From the IMG/VR virus record IMGVR_UViG_2925891887_000002: 58,711 nt of DNA; one strand, 5' to 3'. Positions 35,267 through 46,116 of this stretch are shown here, in pieces. This DNA comes from a virus (taxonomy: Duplodnaviria > Heunggongvirae > Uroviricota > Caudoviricetes). Each line of letters opens with the position of its first letter. Positions within the stretch are counted from its first letter, which is position 1. Under the pieces are notes generated by a model. It saw only the letters and a list, made by a program, of their open reading frames with translations, was not told where the DNA came from and did not search any database. Position numbers and translations under genes: made by a program.

Positions 35267-35500
35267 ATGTCAACGAAGAACAGAACCCGCAGAACAACAA
35301 CCCGCAACATCCGCTTTCCTAACCAAATGATTGAACAAATTAACATCGCTCTTGATCAAAAAGGGTCCGGGAATTTCTCAGCCTGGGTCATTGAAGCCTG
35401 CCGCCGGAGACTGTGCTCAGAAAAAAGAGTTTCTCCTGAAGCAAACAAAGAAAAGAGTGACATTACTGAATTGCTCAGAAAACAGATCAGACCAGATTGA
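35267..35500 (+). CDS. Ribbon-helix-helix-like small protein
   Basis: 77 aa; RNIRFPNQMIEQINIALDQKGSGNFSAWVIEACRRRL resembles an RHH fold. Confidence 0.5.
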   Translation: MSTKNRTRRTTTRNIRFPNQMIEQINIALDQKGSGNFSAWVIEACRRRLCSEKRVSPEANKEKSDITELLRKQIRPD

Positions 35501-35541
35501 AGCAATTTAGATAATCGTGCAGACTACGCCCCTCATATCAC

Positions 35542-35967
35542 ATGGAAGGTACTACAATGGCTCAGGTTGCCATTTTTAAACAAATATTCGATAAAGTGAG
35601 AAATAATTTAAACTATCACTGGTTTTATTCTGAACTAAAACGTCACAATGTCTCACATTACATTTACTATTTAGCCACAGAGAATATTCATCTTGTTCTT
35701 GAAAACGATAATACGGTTTTAATAAAAGGACAGGGTAAGGTTGTAAATGTAAGATTTTCAAAAAATAAATGCCTTATAGAAGCCACCTTAAAAGGATTCA
35801 AATCAGGAGAGTTATCATTTTACGAATACAGGAAAAATCTTGCTACAGCAGGGGTTTTCAGATGGATTACAAATATCCACGAAAACAAAAGGTATTACTA
35901 TACCTTTGATAATTCATTACTCTTTACTGAGAACATTCAGAACACTACACAAATATTTCCGCACTAA
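35542..35967 (+). CDS. Hypothetical protein in AT-rich cos-proximal region
   Basis: 141-aa ORF; no family recognised. Confidence 0.5.
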   Translation: MEGTTMAQVAIFKQIFDKVRNNLNYHWFYSELKRHNVSHYIYYLATENIHLVLENDNTVLIKGQGKVVNVRFSKNKCLIEATLKGFKSGELSFYEYRKNLATAGVFRWITNIHENKRYYYTFDNSLLFTENIQNTTQIFPH

Positions 35968-36253
35968 ATCATAACGTCCGGTTTCTTCCGTGCCAGAACC
36001 GGACTCGCTGGCATGATGAAATATGTGTACCCGGTAACCCCGGTGTGCATCGTTTTTGATTATTCCCACACACTCGCGCAGAAGGAGTTCCCCGTCGGGC
36101 TACGGTCTCTGTTAATACGGGAATACGGCGACGATACAGCGCATGATGTGTCAGGCTTGAATACCTTTATCCTTTAAAAGGGATATCAGTTAAGTTATCC
36201 CGTGTAGGGTATAAGCCATTATCAAGCCCACCCGTAGATAGGCTTTGTAATGG

Positions 36254-36511
36254 CTACTTCGCTTTTGCTTCCGCTCGCTTACGCCGGCGCTCTTCTTTCC
36301 TCTCGGCTTTTGCCATGTCCATGAATGCCTGCATGATCGAGTTCCGCATCATGTAGCTAACAAAGTGATGATTGACACAGCCGTTGAGGCGCAGCTGCTC
36401 GCCAAACTCATCCACCGAGGCCAATGCTTCCATCATGCCCTTCTCGCCTTTCATGAACTCTGAGAAGTCGCGCCCCGCTCTGGAGGCGCATTCAATAACA
36501 CGATCACTCAT
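36254..36511 (-). CDS. Hypothetical protein
   Basis: 85-aa ORF with basic C-terminus. Confidence 0.45.
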   Translation of the reverse strand: MSDRVIECASRAGRDFSEFMKGEKGMMEALASVDEFGEQLRLNGCVNHHFVSYMMRNSIMQAFMDMAKAERKEERRRKRAEAKAK

Positions 36512-37005
36512 CCCGGAAGCCCGGGGATCGTAATCTGCAGCTGGTTAGCCAGGGAGTTAATCTCAGCGACCAACACTGGCTTCGTATAGCGCCATGCTGC
36601 CAGCCCTTGTCCGCAGAAGCTCGCCATGTCTTTCTTCTGGTCAAACTCATGACATTTCATGTTGAGCTGCGCACTTAAGCTGTTGCGATGCTGAAGTTCT
36701 CCGGTGAAGTAGTCATCGAGGACTTTATAGGCCGCGTACTTGAACCCGGGGTTTAACCAAGCCGCATAATCGTAAGCAACAAACTTCCCGCCATATGTTC
36801 CACCGTGTACACCGCGCTCAGTAAAAACCACAGATTCGTGGTTTTTCTCCAGCTCGGCTAAGAACTCTTTGGTCTGCTTGTTTCGCAGGTAGTGGTAAGG
36901 TGATTCAGATTCACTTTTACCACTGGCTTTCCACATATCAGTGAGGCAGATCATGCCATCTTCACCGATACGAATTGGTTGATTGAAGAGGGTTAATGAT
37001 TTCAT
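36508..37005 (-). CDS. KilA-N domain protein
   Basis: 165 aa; N-terminal pattern typical of KilA-N. Confidence 0.6.
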   Translation of the reverse strand: MKSLTLFNQPIRIGEDGMICLTDMWKASGKSESESPYHYLRNKQTKEFLAELEKNHESVVFTERGVHGGTYGGKFVAYDYAAWLNPGFKYAAYKVLDDYFTGELQHRNSLSAQLNMKCHEFDQKKDMASFCGQGLAAWRYTKPVLVAEINSLANQLQITIPGLPG

Positions 37006-37206
37006 AGCGTGTACCTACTCTTTGAAATGAACCTTTGCCGCACAGGAAACCAGCCCACCGAGGCTCGCCAGCACTAACTGGTATCCTCAAAGGCCCATTC
37101 CAAAGGGGCAGGTTCGGTGTAAAAAACATGCGTTGCGGTACGCATTTATTGCAAAAAGCCCCGCATCGCGAGGCTCATTAAATGGACTTTGTGATTTGCA
37201 AAAAAA

Positions 37207-37665
37207 TTATTTCAGGCATTGCGTCCTGATGTATTCCTGCAGGTAGTTAACCTGCGCGGTTATCTTGTCGATTCCACTTCGGAGACGGTAATAATTGAGT
37301 TCAGCATCTGCTGTAAGTCCTGGGCTTTCTCCATCGCCCATGCCGCTGGCTCCGGTCGTAGACTTTGCACAGGTGGCGGCGACTTGCAGGCGCTTACGCC
37401 CAGCAGAAACATCAGCACGGAGACTTTCGATAGTCGCGTTAGCATCAGCAAGCTCCTTTGTGTATCTTGCGTCGAGTTCTGCTACATCACGTTGACGCTT
37501 CCGCATGTCAGCGATGGTAGCGTTCGCCTTCTCCAGTTCACTGGCCTTGTTATCGCGCTGCTCTTTGTAGGCGATTGCGTTATCACGGTAATGATTAACA
37601 GCCCATGACAGGCAGACGATGATGCAGATAACCAGAGCGGAGATAATCGCGGTTACCCTGCTCAT
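37207..37665 (-). CDS. Rz: Spanin inner-membrane subunit Rz
   Basis: Start at [14 protein letters not shown]; lambda Rz-like. Confidence 0.9.
   Translation of the reverse strand: MSRVTAIISALVICIIVCLSWAVNHYRDNAIAYKEQRDNKASELEKANATIADMRKRQRDVAELDARYTKELADANATIESLRADVSAGRKRLQVAATCAKSTTGASGMGDGESPGLTADAELNYYRLRSGIDKITAQVNYLQEYIRTQCLK
37260..37451 (-). CDS. Rz1: Spanin outer-membrane lipoprotein Rz1, nested in Rz
   Basis: 63-aa nested ORF with lipobox (VSAC) and Pro-rich region. Confidence 0.75.
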   Translation of the reverse strand: MLMLTRLSKVSVLMFLLGVSACKSPPPVQSLRPEPAAWAMEKAQDLQQMLNSIITVSEVESTR

Positions 37666-38159
37666 TGTTGCCCCCACAAACAGACCTCACGCTCAATCTC
37701 ACGACGAGTCATCAGGCCTTTCCATTGCTTACCGCCAGCGTATGCCCAGCGACGTAGCTGGTCACATGCGCCCTTGATATCGCCCTGGTTTATTTTGCGA
37801 AGAAGAGTAGATGTTCTGAAATTGCCTGCGCCCACGTTATAGACGAACGAGTAAAGAGCGCCGCGCGTTGTTTCCGGTATATCGACTTTGATGTACGGGT
37901 TAATTTGTCTGGCGACCGTGGCAAGGTCTTTATTCAAGAGTGTTTTGCATTCTGCTTTGGTATACGTTTTACCGAGTATGATGTCTTTTCCTGTATGCCC
38001 GTGACATACAGTCCATACACCAACAATATCTTTGTATGGTATGTAGCTGACACCTTCCAGACCATCGTTACCACTTGGGCCAGTAATTAACACTGATGCT
38101 ATAGCAATTGCTCCGCCACCAATAGCAGCAGCAACGGCTTTTCGTAATGATGGAGGCAT
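37662..38159 (-). CDS. R: SAR endolysin (phage 21 R-type lysozyme)
   Basis: 165 aa with Gly/Ala-rich N-terminal signal-anchor-release segment. Confidence 0.85.
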   Translation of the reverse strand: MPPSLRKAVAAAIGGGAIAIASVLITGPSGNDGLEGVSYIPYKDIVGVWTVCHGHTGKDIILGKTYTKAECKTLLNKDLATVARQINPYIKVDIPETTRGALYSFVYNVGAGNFRTSTLLRKINQGDIKGACDQLRRWAYAGGKQWKGLMTRREIEREVCLWGQQ

Positions 38160-38374
38160 TATTCACCTCTCGCAGCCTTGCGCTTATCTTCTTTAATCTT
38201 GAAATAAAGGTTTGTCAGGTACGTCAGCAGGCCAAATACCAAGCTACCCAGCACACCTATTGCTGCCCACTGTGAGGGCGTGACTTTATCGAGCAGCTGT
38301 AAAAACCAGTAGCCAGCACTGCCTGCGGAGGTGCCGTAGGCAATGCCCGTTGTTAACTTATCCATGGATTTCAT
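38159..38374 (-). CDS. S: Pinholin (phage 21 S-type)
   Basis: 71 aa with dual-start MKSMDK, two TM segments. Confidence 0.85.
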   Translation of the reverse strand: MKSMDKLTTGIAYGTSAGSAGYWFLQLLDKVTPSQWAAIGVLGSLVFGLLTYLTNLYFKIKEDKRKAARGE

Positions 38375-38561
38375 AGCCTCACCTCCGCAAATAACGGATG
38401 GTGTACACGGTTCGGAACGAAGAGGAAAGGTATAGAAGTTACATTAGCGTAAGGCTTGAACATCTATTCAAAAAGAAAAACGCCGCGATTATTCTGGCGT
38501 AGCTGAAAGCATCATACAATTATCAAATACGAAAATTACAAAATCATTAAAACGCATCACG

Positions 38562-39149
38562 TTACATCATGTCTTTTTCTAAAAAAAATCTTGATGAATA
38601 TTGATGGGGAGGAACACCAAAATACCTTCTGAAAACACTTACAAAATATGACGTGTTTTCATAACCGCATATCTCAGCAACTTTTCCAACAGAATATAAA
38701 TTGTAGCTTAATAATCTTTCCGCCATCACCATTCGCTCTTCAAGAATTAACTTACTAAATGATAAGCCTTCGTGCTTTAATTTTCTTTTTAACAGACTTT
38801 CACTCAGATACAGTCTTGAAGATATATCACAAAGTCTCCATGCTGCAGATATATCCGTGTGAATAATAGCCTTAACTTTACTTCCTAAACTATTAAGACA
38901 TCCAAATAAAAAACTTTGCACTATTTTCTCTGAAGATAAGATAGCAAGACATGCAAGTGATATTTGATTTCTAACAAAATCCACAGTTCTGCCATCACAA
39001 TTCAAGCATGCAATCAAGTTCTTTAACAATGAAAAATCTTCACATTCCACCATCAAGTATGCCGGATAAAACCTTCTTACAGAAAAAGGTGAGAGTGTGT
39101 TGCTTTTAAAGAAATCATTAACTGTTTTTTCTTCAACATCTACGATCAT
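38562..39149 (-). CDS. AraC-family transcriptional regulator
   Basis: 195 aa; C-terminal AraC-type HTH; AT-rich context. Confidence 0.7.
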   Translation of the reverse strand: MIVDVEEKTVNDFFKSNTLSPFSVRRFYPAYLMVECEDFSLLKNLIACLNCDGRTVDFVRNQISLACLAILSSEKIVQSFLFGCLNSLGSKVKAIIHTDISAAWRLCDISSRLYLSESLLKRKLKHEGLSFSKLILEERMVMAERLLSYNLYSVGKVAEICGYENTSYFVSVFRRYFGVPPHQYSSRFFLEKDMM

Positions 39150-39643
39150 TACATGATCTATATTTGATGAAAAAAATCTTTTAAATTGTAATCAATGAGA
39201 ACAGCATTTCCTTTTTTAAACAAAATATCTTCTTTACCAATTCGGACATCAAACGAATTCAACACCAAAATGATAGAACATATGTATGGCATATTATCCA
39301 CCTGATATCATTGGGGTTACACCAGGTAAGTATAGGTGGAAAATCAATATTCGCCAGTTCAACAATAAGGAAAATTTCATTACATCACAAGTATAAAATT
39401 ATGTATTTAACTCACAAAGACAAATTATTAAACCAATCTGTTATATTATATATAGCTGCGTGGAATCATAATATTATATATTTTGACTGGCATGTTTACC
39501 AACTTTAAGTTGCATCTCAATTGTTTCTTCAGCGTAAACAGAGTTTTTATACAAACTGACACTCTGGGTATCATAGTGTAGTTTTTACGATTGTAAATAT
39601 CCTGCATGCAGGAACTCATCCTTTTGGATGATATCGCATACAA

Positions 39644-40603
39644 TTAATTTACCATCAGTCTTAGAGCCAGTTCGTCCGGATAGGGATCGAAGTAATTCTG
39701 TGTAAGCAAGTAATCATTAGGATACTCACCCAGATAATGCTTCAGCAGAGTCAACGGCGCAAGAAGAGGTAATGTGCCAGAACGATAGTTAAGTATAACC
39801 TCGCTCAACTCTTTACGCTGGCGTGTACTTAAGTAGTTACTAAAATACCCCTGTATATGCATCAGCACATTCGTGTGATTTTTACGTGATGCAGGTTTTC
39901 TGAGAATCGCCATCAGCTTATCACGATACACCTCAAAGTATGATTCAAGGTCCGCCCACTCGTGTATTGCAGCCACAAATGGTCCCATATCTTTATAGCC
40001 TGCCTGACTATGCGCCAACAACTGAAGCTTATAACGACTATGAAAAGCTAATAACTCTCTTCTTGATAATTTCTCCTTGTAAAGGTGATTGAGCTCATGC
40101 AAAGCAAAAACTCTTTCAACAAAATTCTCACGAAGCACTGGATCATGTAATCGCCCATCCTCTTCAACCGGTAGCCAGGAAAACTTTTCCATCAAAGTGC
40201 TCGTAAATAGTCCCACTCCATCTTTACGACCTCGATTACCATTTTCATCATAGACACGCACGCGCTCCATGCCACAGCTGGGAGATTTAGCACAAACCAC
40301 AAACCCCGATACATCCTTTAATTTGTCCATATAAGAACGACTAAACTCTGTCATTCTCTCTGTCACATCCTCATTCTGGTCGTGGCTGAAACACATCCGT
40401 ATATTTCCTTGCATCGAGCGCACAAGACGTAGAGCAGGACGCGGAACTGGCAGCCCTATAGCCATTTCCGGACATACTGGTCTGAATGTTACCCATTCCA
40501 CTAATTTGTCCATTAAAAAGTCAGCTCTTTTGTGACCACCATCAAAACGAACAGCAGAACCGGCCAAACAACCGCTGATTCCAATCACAGGTTTTTTTAT
40601 CAT
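39644..40603 (-). CDS. DUF523/DUF1722 fusion protein (YbgA/TudS-like)
   Basis: 319 aa; Cys-containing N-terminal domain. Confidence 0.6.
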   Translation of the reverse strand: MIKKPVIGISGCLAGSAVRFDGGHKRADFLMDKLVEWVTFRPVCPEMAIGLPVPRPALRLVRSMQGNIRMCFSHDQNEDVTERMTEFSRSYMDKLKDVSGFVVCAKSPSCGMERVRVYDENGNRGRKDGVGLFTSTLMEKFSWLPVEEDGRLHDPVLRENFVERVFALHELNHLYKEKLSRRELLAFHSRYKLQLLAHSQAGYKDMGPFVAAIHEWADLESYFEVYRDKLMAILRKPASRKNHTNVLMHIQGYFSNYLSTRQRKELSEVILNYRSGTLPLLAPLTLLKHYLGEYPNDYLLTQNYFDPYPDELALRLMVN

Positions 40604-40795
40604 ATTCTCCCCCTTGACTAATTCATTAACACATAAACTGTGTAGTGCACGGAATAAATTGCCTTTCTGGCGTCATCACTGACAATTTTTCTGTTATGGA
40701 CTATTCCTAATATAGTATGAAAGTTCTTTAAGTGATCGGTCGTAATCATCTATCTTTCATACTTACTCTCAACTATCAAAAGTACAGGATTTATT

Positions 40796-41320
40796 ATGAA
40801 GTTATGGCCTGTGTTGACTGGCATTGCACTCTCTTTCACTCTTATAGCATGTAAGGCCCCGACACCACCTAAAGGTGTGCAGCCGATTACAAATTTTGAC
40901 GCCAACCGCTACCTCGGAAAATGGTATGAAATAGCTCGCCTCGAGAACCGGTTCGAACGTGGTCTGGAACAGGTCAGCGCTACTTATGGAAAACGGAACG
41001 ACGGAGGGATTCGTGTACTTAACCGTGGATACGATCCAACGAAAAATAAATGGAGCGAGAGCGAAGGTAAAGCATACTTTACTGGAGATACTAAAACTGC
41101 AGCATTGAAGGTTTCGTTTTTTGGCCCCTTCTATGGTGGCTATAATGTAATCAAACTGGATGATGAGTATAAGTATGCTCTTGTCAGTGGTCCGAACAGA
41201 GAATACCTATGGATTCTGGCAAGGACCCCAACTATTCCAGATAAAGTAAAAGCAGACTATGTGCGAACCGCTCAAAAGTTGGGATTCAATGTCAATGAAT
41301 TATTATGGGTTAAACAATAA
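40796..41320 (+). CDS. blc: Bacterial lipocalin (Blc-like outer-membrane lipoprotein)
   Basis: 174 aa; lipobox; NFDANRYLGKWYEIAR and YFGPFYGGYNVI motifs. Confidence 0.8.
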   Translation: MKLWPVLTGIALSFTLIACKAPTPPKGVQPITNFDANRYLGKWYEIARLENRFERGLEQVSATYGKRNDGGIRVLNRGYDPTKNKWSESEGKAYFTGDTKTAALKVSFFGPFYGGYNVIKLDDEYKYALVSGPNREYLWILARTPTIPDKVKADYVRTAQKLGFNVNELLWVKQ

Positions 41321-41346
41321 AATCCCTACCCGAAATAATACTTATT

Positions 41347-41376
41347 AGAAAAAAACCAGCCTTTGGGGAGGCTGGC
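41347..41376 (-). terminator. Rho-independent terminator downstream of Q (tR'-like)
   Basis: CCAGCCT..AGGCTGG hairpin followed by an 8-nt T-run on the minus strand. Confidence 0.6.
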
Positions 41377-41475
41377 TAAATCAGGAAACAAGCTGTTATA
41401 TGATAATAACTACGTTGTGATTCCAACATTTAAAATGTTAGACTAATGACAATCAGACAGCAACTTTTCCTTTAA

Positions 41476-41868
41476 TTATTTCGAACAATCAGCATCCATC
41501 TCCAATCGGAGATCCAACACCATCAGCATACCCTCCACTACGCCCTCAGCTTTCTGAAGCATCCTGCCAACCCAACAATCAGATCGCCCATGCTTACGTG
41601 CAAGCGCCATAAAAGTCATGCCGCCGACATAATAGTCCACCAATAAATCATGCAAATCGCTGTTGTTCTTTTTCAGACGGGCCATGCACCCGCAAATGAT
41701 CATCGCGTCATCGTCACAACATTGTGGGCGAGATTTTACTTTTGAAGGAATTAATCCCTTAAAACCGGCGGCAATGGACGACCAGGTCACATCTTCATGA
41801 TTATTAGCCGCCCACGCTCCCCAACGCTCAAGAACCATCTGAATATCACGCATCAACTTACTCCACAA
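41476..41868 (-). CDS. Q: Late antiterminator Q (DLP12 QuuD-type)
   Basis: 130-aa ORF, close match to QuuD as recalled. Confidence 0.8.
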   Translation of the reverse strand: MWSKLMRDIQMVLERWGAWAANNHEDVTWSSIAAGFKGLIPSKVKSRPQCCDDDAMIICGCMARLKKNNSDLHDLLVDYYVGGMTFMALARKHGRSDCWVGRMLQKAEGVVEGMLMVLDLRLEMDADCSK

Positions 41869-41937
41869 AACTCAGACCAGAACGCCAATTACAAGCAAAA
41901 ATCAACAAAACAGTATTAGTTGATTGTTATCTCTGAC

Positions 41938-42078
41938 TTCATACTCCTGCTCCTGTCAGTGTTTTGGCGTAATTCTTCAGTATTCGGTAATCGGTCAAAA
42001 CAGAACCGGGGAAACGATATAAGCGCAGACGCCCCCAGCGGTGGCGAAGAAGTTCTGCCATATTAAACTCAAACATCA
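41938..42078 (-). CDS. ylcG: YlcG-like small protein
   Basis: 46-aa ORF (below track threshold) between rusA and Q. Confidence 0.6.
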
Positions 42079-42438
42079 TTCATTCCCCATTTCGGTGATG
42101 GTCAGTTCCAGCCTCCCACCTTTGGTAACAGGCATCTTCACAACGCGGTAATCAACGACCTGAGCATCATCCAGCCAGAAACCTGCTTTAGTGAGTGCGT
42201 CAAAAGCGGCTTTTTGCAGATTATCCAGGTCACGGCGACGGCGATCCGGCATGTGGCACTCAATACGGATTTTCACTGGCATAGCCAGGCCGATATCCAG
42301 CATTGCGTTTTTAATGATTCGGGTGACGTTATCGCGGTATGCCTGCCCTTCTGCGCTGATGTGCGTGCGCCCGCGATTATGCCGGTAGTAGCGGTTATTG
42401 CTCGGAGGCCAGGGTAATGTGATGCTGTAGGTATTCAC
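42076..42438 (-). CDS. rusA: Holliday junction resolvase RusA
   Basis: 120 aa, RusA match. Confidence 0.9.
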   Translation of the reverse strand: MNTYSITLPWPPSNNRYYRHNRGRTHISAEGQAYRDNVTRIIKNAMLDIGLAMPVKIRIECHMPDRRRRDLDNLQKAAFDALTKAGFWLDDAQVVDYRVVKMPVTKGGRLELTITEMGNE

Positions 42439-42457
42439 GCCTTAATAACCCCCTCTT

Positions 42458-42652
42458 TCAGCCAGATAACCTGTGTTCTCGCCATACCTTCCAGCGCGCA
42501 TTCTTTTGCATATGCAGCATCGACTTGCTTGGCATGCCCTTTACCGGCAATCTTCTGTATGCGCTAAACCTAGATAGAATCCACTCTGTGCACATTGAAG
42601 CCCGCTCTATGCTTCCTTTCAGGTATTGAAGGGATTGAGATGGGCTAAGCAT
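42458..42652 (-). CDS. Hypothetical small ORF
   Basis: 64-aa ORF only; weak. Confidence 0.25.
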   Translation of the reverse strand: MLSPSQSLQYLKGSIERASMCTEWILSRFSAYRRLPVKGMPSKSMLHMQKNARWKVWREHRLSG

Positions 42653-43028
42653 TATTGGCCTCCTGCATCAGGAGAAAGACAATCATGGCGGCGCGGAGAG
42701 GTCTGGTATCAAATATTGGGCTTACGCCTTTTGCATCCACACACCATTCAGTTAACTGGTCTAAGATAGAAATCCTGTATTTCTCAATAATCGGCCATGA
42801 AGCGCTCGGATCATTGCAGTAGTCAGGCAAATGATTTAATGGCTCAAAAGTTGTATCAGCATTTCCGTAATACCATTTGTTGGTGTTATTCCCTGATGTT
42901 TCCGGTTTACTTGCCCAAAGGCCTTTAAAAATTATGTCTCCTACCATTCTGTTAATTTCAAAATCACTTAACTGTGAATAATCCATTGTCATTTCCTCGC
43001 ACGATATCTTAGCCACCGGATATCCCAC
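42645..43028 (-). CDS. Hypothetical nin-region protein
   Basis: 127-aa ORF in the nin region. Confidence 0.5.
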   Translation of the reverse strand: MGYPVAKISCEEMTMDYSQLSDFEINRMVGDIIFKGLWASKPETSGNNTNKWYYGNADTTFEPLNHLPDYCNDPSASWPIIEKYRISILDQLTEWCVDAKGVSPIFDTRPLRAAMIVFLLMQEANNA

Positions 43029-43165
43029 AGGTGAGCTGTGTAATTGAAGGTTTTTACGTCAGATTCTTTTGGGATTGGCTTGCGTTTATTTCTGGAGCGT
43101 TTCGTTGGAAGGTATTTGCAGTTTTCGCAGATGATGTCGGTGAAACTTCGTCGCTGTCGCCTCAT
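42989..43165 (-). CDS. ninE: NinE
   Basis: 58 aa from [20 protein letters not shown], lambda NinE match. Confidence 0.8.
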   Translation of the reverse strand: MRRQRRSFTDIICENCKYLPTKRSRNKRKPIPKESDVKTFNYTAHLWDIRWLRYRARK

Positions 43166-43689
43166 GCCGCCCTCCTGACGCCCTGCCCGATCGCCATCAA
43201 TGCCGCTTTGGATACGGTAGTAAACATCCGTCGAGGACTGATGAACGGTCGCCAAATCAGCAGCATGGAGCCTTTGCTGTTTCCCTTCTTCTCCAGCCCT
43301 GTCGATGGTTCGATAAAATTAATCCGTCCATCAGTGATAATGCGAACTTCGTCGACACTCTCCAGAGCCTTGCTGAACCATCCGACTGACATATCCTCTG
43401 GCACAAGCATAACTACCGTCTGTCGCTGTTGTATGCACTGCTCAGCGGCTTTTTCCACCCACGGCCTGATATTGCTGTACGGTGGGTTATTCCAGATTGC
43501 ACCGTGGCTTACCCACTCAGAATTGAGCGCGTCGTCGGCCTCAGTTAGCCAGTGAGCACACAGAGCATTTTTGTCGCTCGCTGCCGAATCCAGCCAGAAT
43601 CCAAACTCAATATCCAGTGCATCAAAAAGCCAAAGCGGCGTTTGCCAGCAGTCCTTGTCGTGTGCTGGCGTATTTGATTTGATAGTCAT
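43162..43689 (-). CDS. Phage DNA N6-adenine methyltransferase
   Basis: NPPYS motif; start chosen at [18 protein letters not shown]; ORF extends to 43749. Confidence 0.75.
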   Translation of the reverse strand: MTIKSNTPAHDKDCWQTPLWLFDALDIEFGFWLDSAASDKNALCAHWLTEADDALNSEWVSHGAIWNNPPYSNIRPWVEKAAEQCIQQRQTVVMLVPEDMSVGWFSKALESVDEVRIITDGRINFIEPSTGLEKKGNSKGSMLLIWRPFISPRRMFTTVSKAALMAIGQGVRRAA

Positions 43690-44126
43690 GCAGCCCGATC
43701 TCCCCATCTCGCTTTCCACTCCAGAGCCAGTCTCGCTTCGTCTGACCACTTAACGCCACGCTCTGTACCGAATGCCTGTATAAGCTCTAATAGCTCCGCA
43801 AATTCGCCTACACGCATCCTGCTAGTTGACTGGCCTATTACCACAAAGCCATTCCCGGCAAGGTTAGGAACAACATCCTGCTGCTTTAATGCTGCGGTAA
43901 ACACACACTTCCAGCTTTCTGCATCCAGCCAGCGACCATGCCATTCAACCTGACGAGAGACGTCACCTAAGCAGGCCCATAGCTTCCTGTTTTGGTCTAA
44001 GCTGCGGTTGCGTTCCTGAATGGTTACTACGATTGGTTTGGTTGGGTCTGGAAGGATTTGCTGTACTGCGTGAATAGCGTTTTGCTGATGTGCTGGAGAT
44101 CGAATTTCAAAGGTTAGTTTTTTCAT
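43686..44126 (-). CDS. ninB: Recombination protein NinB
   Basis: 146 aa from MKKLTFEIRSPAHQQ, lambda NinB match. Confidence 0.9.
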   Translation of the reverse strand: MKKLTFEIRSPAHQQNAIHAVQQILPDPTKPIVVTIQERNRSLDQNRKLWACLGDVSRQVEWHGRWLDAESWKCVFTAALKQQDVVPNLAGNGFVVIGQSTSRMRVGEFAELLELIQAFGTERGVKWSDEARLALEWKARWGDRAA

Positions 44127-44199
44127 GACTTCCCTCTCCCCCAAATAAAAAGGCCTGCGATTACCAGCAGGCCTGTTATTAGCTCAGTAATGTAGATGG

Positions 44200-44490
44200 T
44201 CATCTTTTAACTCCATATACCGCCAATACCCGTTTCATCGCGGCACTCTGGCGACACTCCTTAAAAATCAGGTTCGTGCTCATCTTTCCTTCCCGTTCTT
44301 CCCTGGTAGCAAACCGGTAATACACCGTTCGCCAGACCTTACCTTCGATAACCAGAAGACCTGCCCGTGCCATTTTAGCCGCGGCCTGATTTATGCTGGT
44401 TACTGTTGCGCCTGTTAGCGCGGCAACGTCCGGCGCACAGAAGCTATTATGCGTCCTCAGGTAATGAATAATTGCCTCTTTGCCCGTCAT
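44200..44490 (-). CDS. ren: Ren
   Basis: 96 aa, lambda Ren match. Confidence 0.9.
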   Translation of the reverse strand: MTGKEAIIHYLRTHNSFCAPDVAALTGATVTSINQAAAKMARAGLLVIEGKVWRTVYYRFATREEREGKMSTNLIFKECRQSAAMKRVLAVYGVKR

Positions 44491-45188
44491 ACACTTGCTC
44501 CTTTCAGTCCGAACTTAGCTTTGATTTCTGCGATCTTCGCCAGAGCCTGTGCACGATTTAGAGGTCTACCGCCCATGACAGGAAGTTGTTTTACTGGTTC
44601 AGGGATCGCCTCACCACGGTTAATTCTCGCAGTCATATGGACAAGCTCATCTGCGGCCTTACGGCGTAATTCCGCATCAGTAAGCGCATTGGCCCGCATG
44701 TTCTGATACAGGTTGGTAACCAGCCAGTAGTGCGCGTTTGATTTCCACGGATAAGACTCCGCATCCGGATACAGGCCTCGCTTCCGGCAATACTCGTAAA
44801 CCATATCAACCAGCTCGCTGACGTTTGGCAGTCCGGCGATAACGGATGCTTCTTCCCGGCACCATGCAACAAACTGCCCGGGTGATGGCAGAAATGGTCG
44901 ATTCTGCCGACGGGCTACGCGCATTCCTGCGTTAACCTGTTCCATTGTGGTGATCCCGTTTTCCCGGAAAGCCAGAACCCACTGGCGGCGGATTTCGTTC
45001 AGTTCGTTCTGGTCACGGTTAGCCAGACTCGCCGGGAAAGTTGCCAGTAACTGGCTGAACACACCGTTGATGATCTGCGCTACCTGCTGTACCTGCGGCT
45101 TTTCGTCGTACTGTTCCGGCATGTTGTTGGCGATCCTACGCATCTGCTCACGGTCAAAGTTAACCATCTGTGCGGCGATGTTTTTCAT
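44487..45188 (-). CDS. P: Replication protein P
   Basis: 233 aa, lambda P match. Confidence 0.95.
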   Translation of the reverse strand: MKNIAAQMVNFDREQMRRIANNMPEQYDEKPQVQQVAQIINGVFSQLLATFPASLANRDQNELNEIRRQWVLAFRENGITTMEQVNAGMRVARRQNRPFLPSPGQFVAWCREEASVIAGLPNVSELVDMVYEYCRKRGLYPDAESYPWKSNAHYWLVTNLYQNMRANALTDAELRRKAADELVHMTARINRGEAIPEPVKQLPVMGGRPLNRAQALAKIAEIKAKFGLKGASV

Positions 45189-46084
45189 AGATCCACCCCG
45201 TAAATCCAGTCTGTGTTTGTCAGGTCGAGTTTTGGTTTGCTGGCTGTCACGACTGCCTGTTGCTTGTTACGGTTGATTTCGAGCTGGGTCCACTTGTCGC
45301 GGAGTTTGGCCGGGCTCAGCACGTTACCGGACCAGAAGTTGTCCTGGCATGCCCAGCGGAACAGCACGCACATGTCGCGGTGGTTACGTCCGTCACGTTC
45401 ACGCATCAGGCGGATATCGTTAGCCCACCCAGCAAAATTCGGTTTTCTGGCTGATGGTGCGATAGTCTTCACCATGTCAAACATCCACTCTGCGGCGGTC
45501 AGGTCTTCTGCTGTCCCCCACTTGCTGCCGCTCTGAATTGCAGCATCCGGTTTCACCACAGAAAGGTCGTTTTCTGGCTGGTCAGAGGATTCGCCAGAAT
45601 TCTCTGACGAATAATCTTTTCTTTTTTCTTTTGTAATAGTGTCTTTTGTGTCCCCCTGTTTTGAGGGATAGCAATCCCCCAATTTGAGGGATGTTTTATC
45701 CCTCGTTTTAGGGGATTTTCCCTCGTTTTGAGGGATGCACCATTCTGAGATGTTTTTATTTGGTCCAAACATGCCGCCTTGCTGCTTGATAATATTCATT
45801 CTGACGAGTTCTAACTTGGCTTCATTGCACCGTTTGACGGGTAACTTTGTAATCTCGCTAAGTTGAGAATCGGTGATTCTGTCCATTGGTTTATTCCACC
45901 CATAGGTTTTACGCAGAATGGCAAGCAGCACTTTAAACTGTCGCTTGGTCAGATCTGCGCCCGAATAAGCCTCAAGCAGCATATTTGATAGTCTGGCGTA
46001 ACCATCATCGAGATCTGCCACATTACGCTCCTGTCCGGCAAAGTTACCTCTGCCGAAGTTGAGTATTTTTGCTGTATTTGTCAT
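45185..46084 (-). CDS. O: Replication initiator O
   Basis: 299 aa, lambda O match. Confidence 0.95.
   Translation of the reverse strand: MTNTAKILNFGRGNFAGQERNVADLDDGYARLSNMLLEAYSGADLTKRQFKVLLAILRKTYGWNKPMDRITDSQLSEITKLPVKRCNEAKLELVRMNIIKQQGGMFGPNKNISEWCIPQNEGKSPKTRDKTSLKLGDCYPSKQGDTKDTITKEKRKDYSSENSGESSDQPENDLSVVKPDAAIQSGSKWGTAEDLTAAEWMFDMVKTIAPSARKPNFAGWANDIRLMRERDGRNHRDMCVLFRWACQDNFWSGNVLSPAKLRDKWTQLEINRNKQQAVVTASKPKLDLTNTDWIYGVDL
45611..45737. repeat. ori-lambda: four iterons plus AT-rich region, inside O
   Basis: Repeated TCCCTCAAA-type iterons at 45650..45737 with an adjacent T-rich tract. Confidence 0.85.
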
Positions 46085-46116
46085 AATGACTCCTGTTGAT
46101 AGATCCAGTAATGACC

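Noticed and set aside
38375-41475. tRNA genes between Q and S, as seen in some lambdoid phages
   Set aside because: I found no cloverleaf-compatible segment with conserved tRNA features in the intergenic stretches; these are AT-rich and repetitive. This was not checked with a tRNA-finding program.
43031-43555. 174-aa plus-strand ORF
   Set aside because: Antisense to the N6-adenine methyltransferase and ninE genes.
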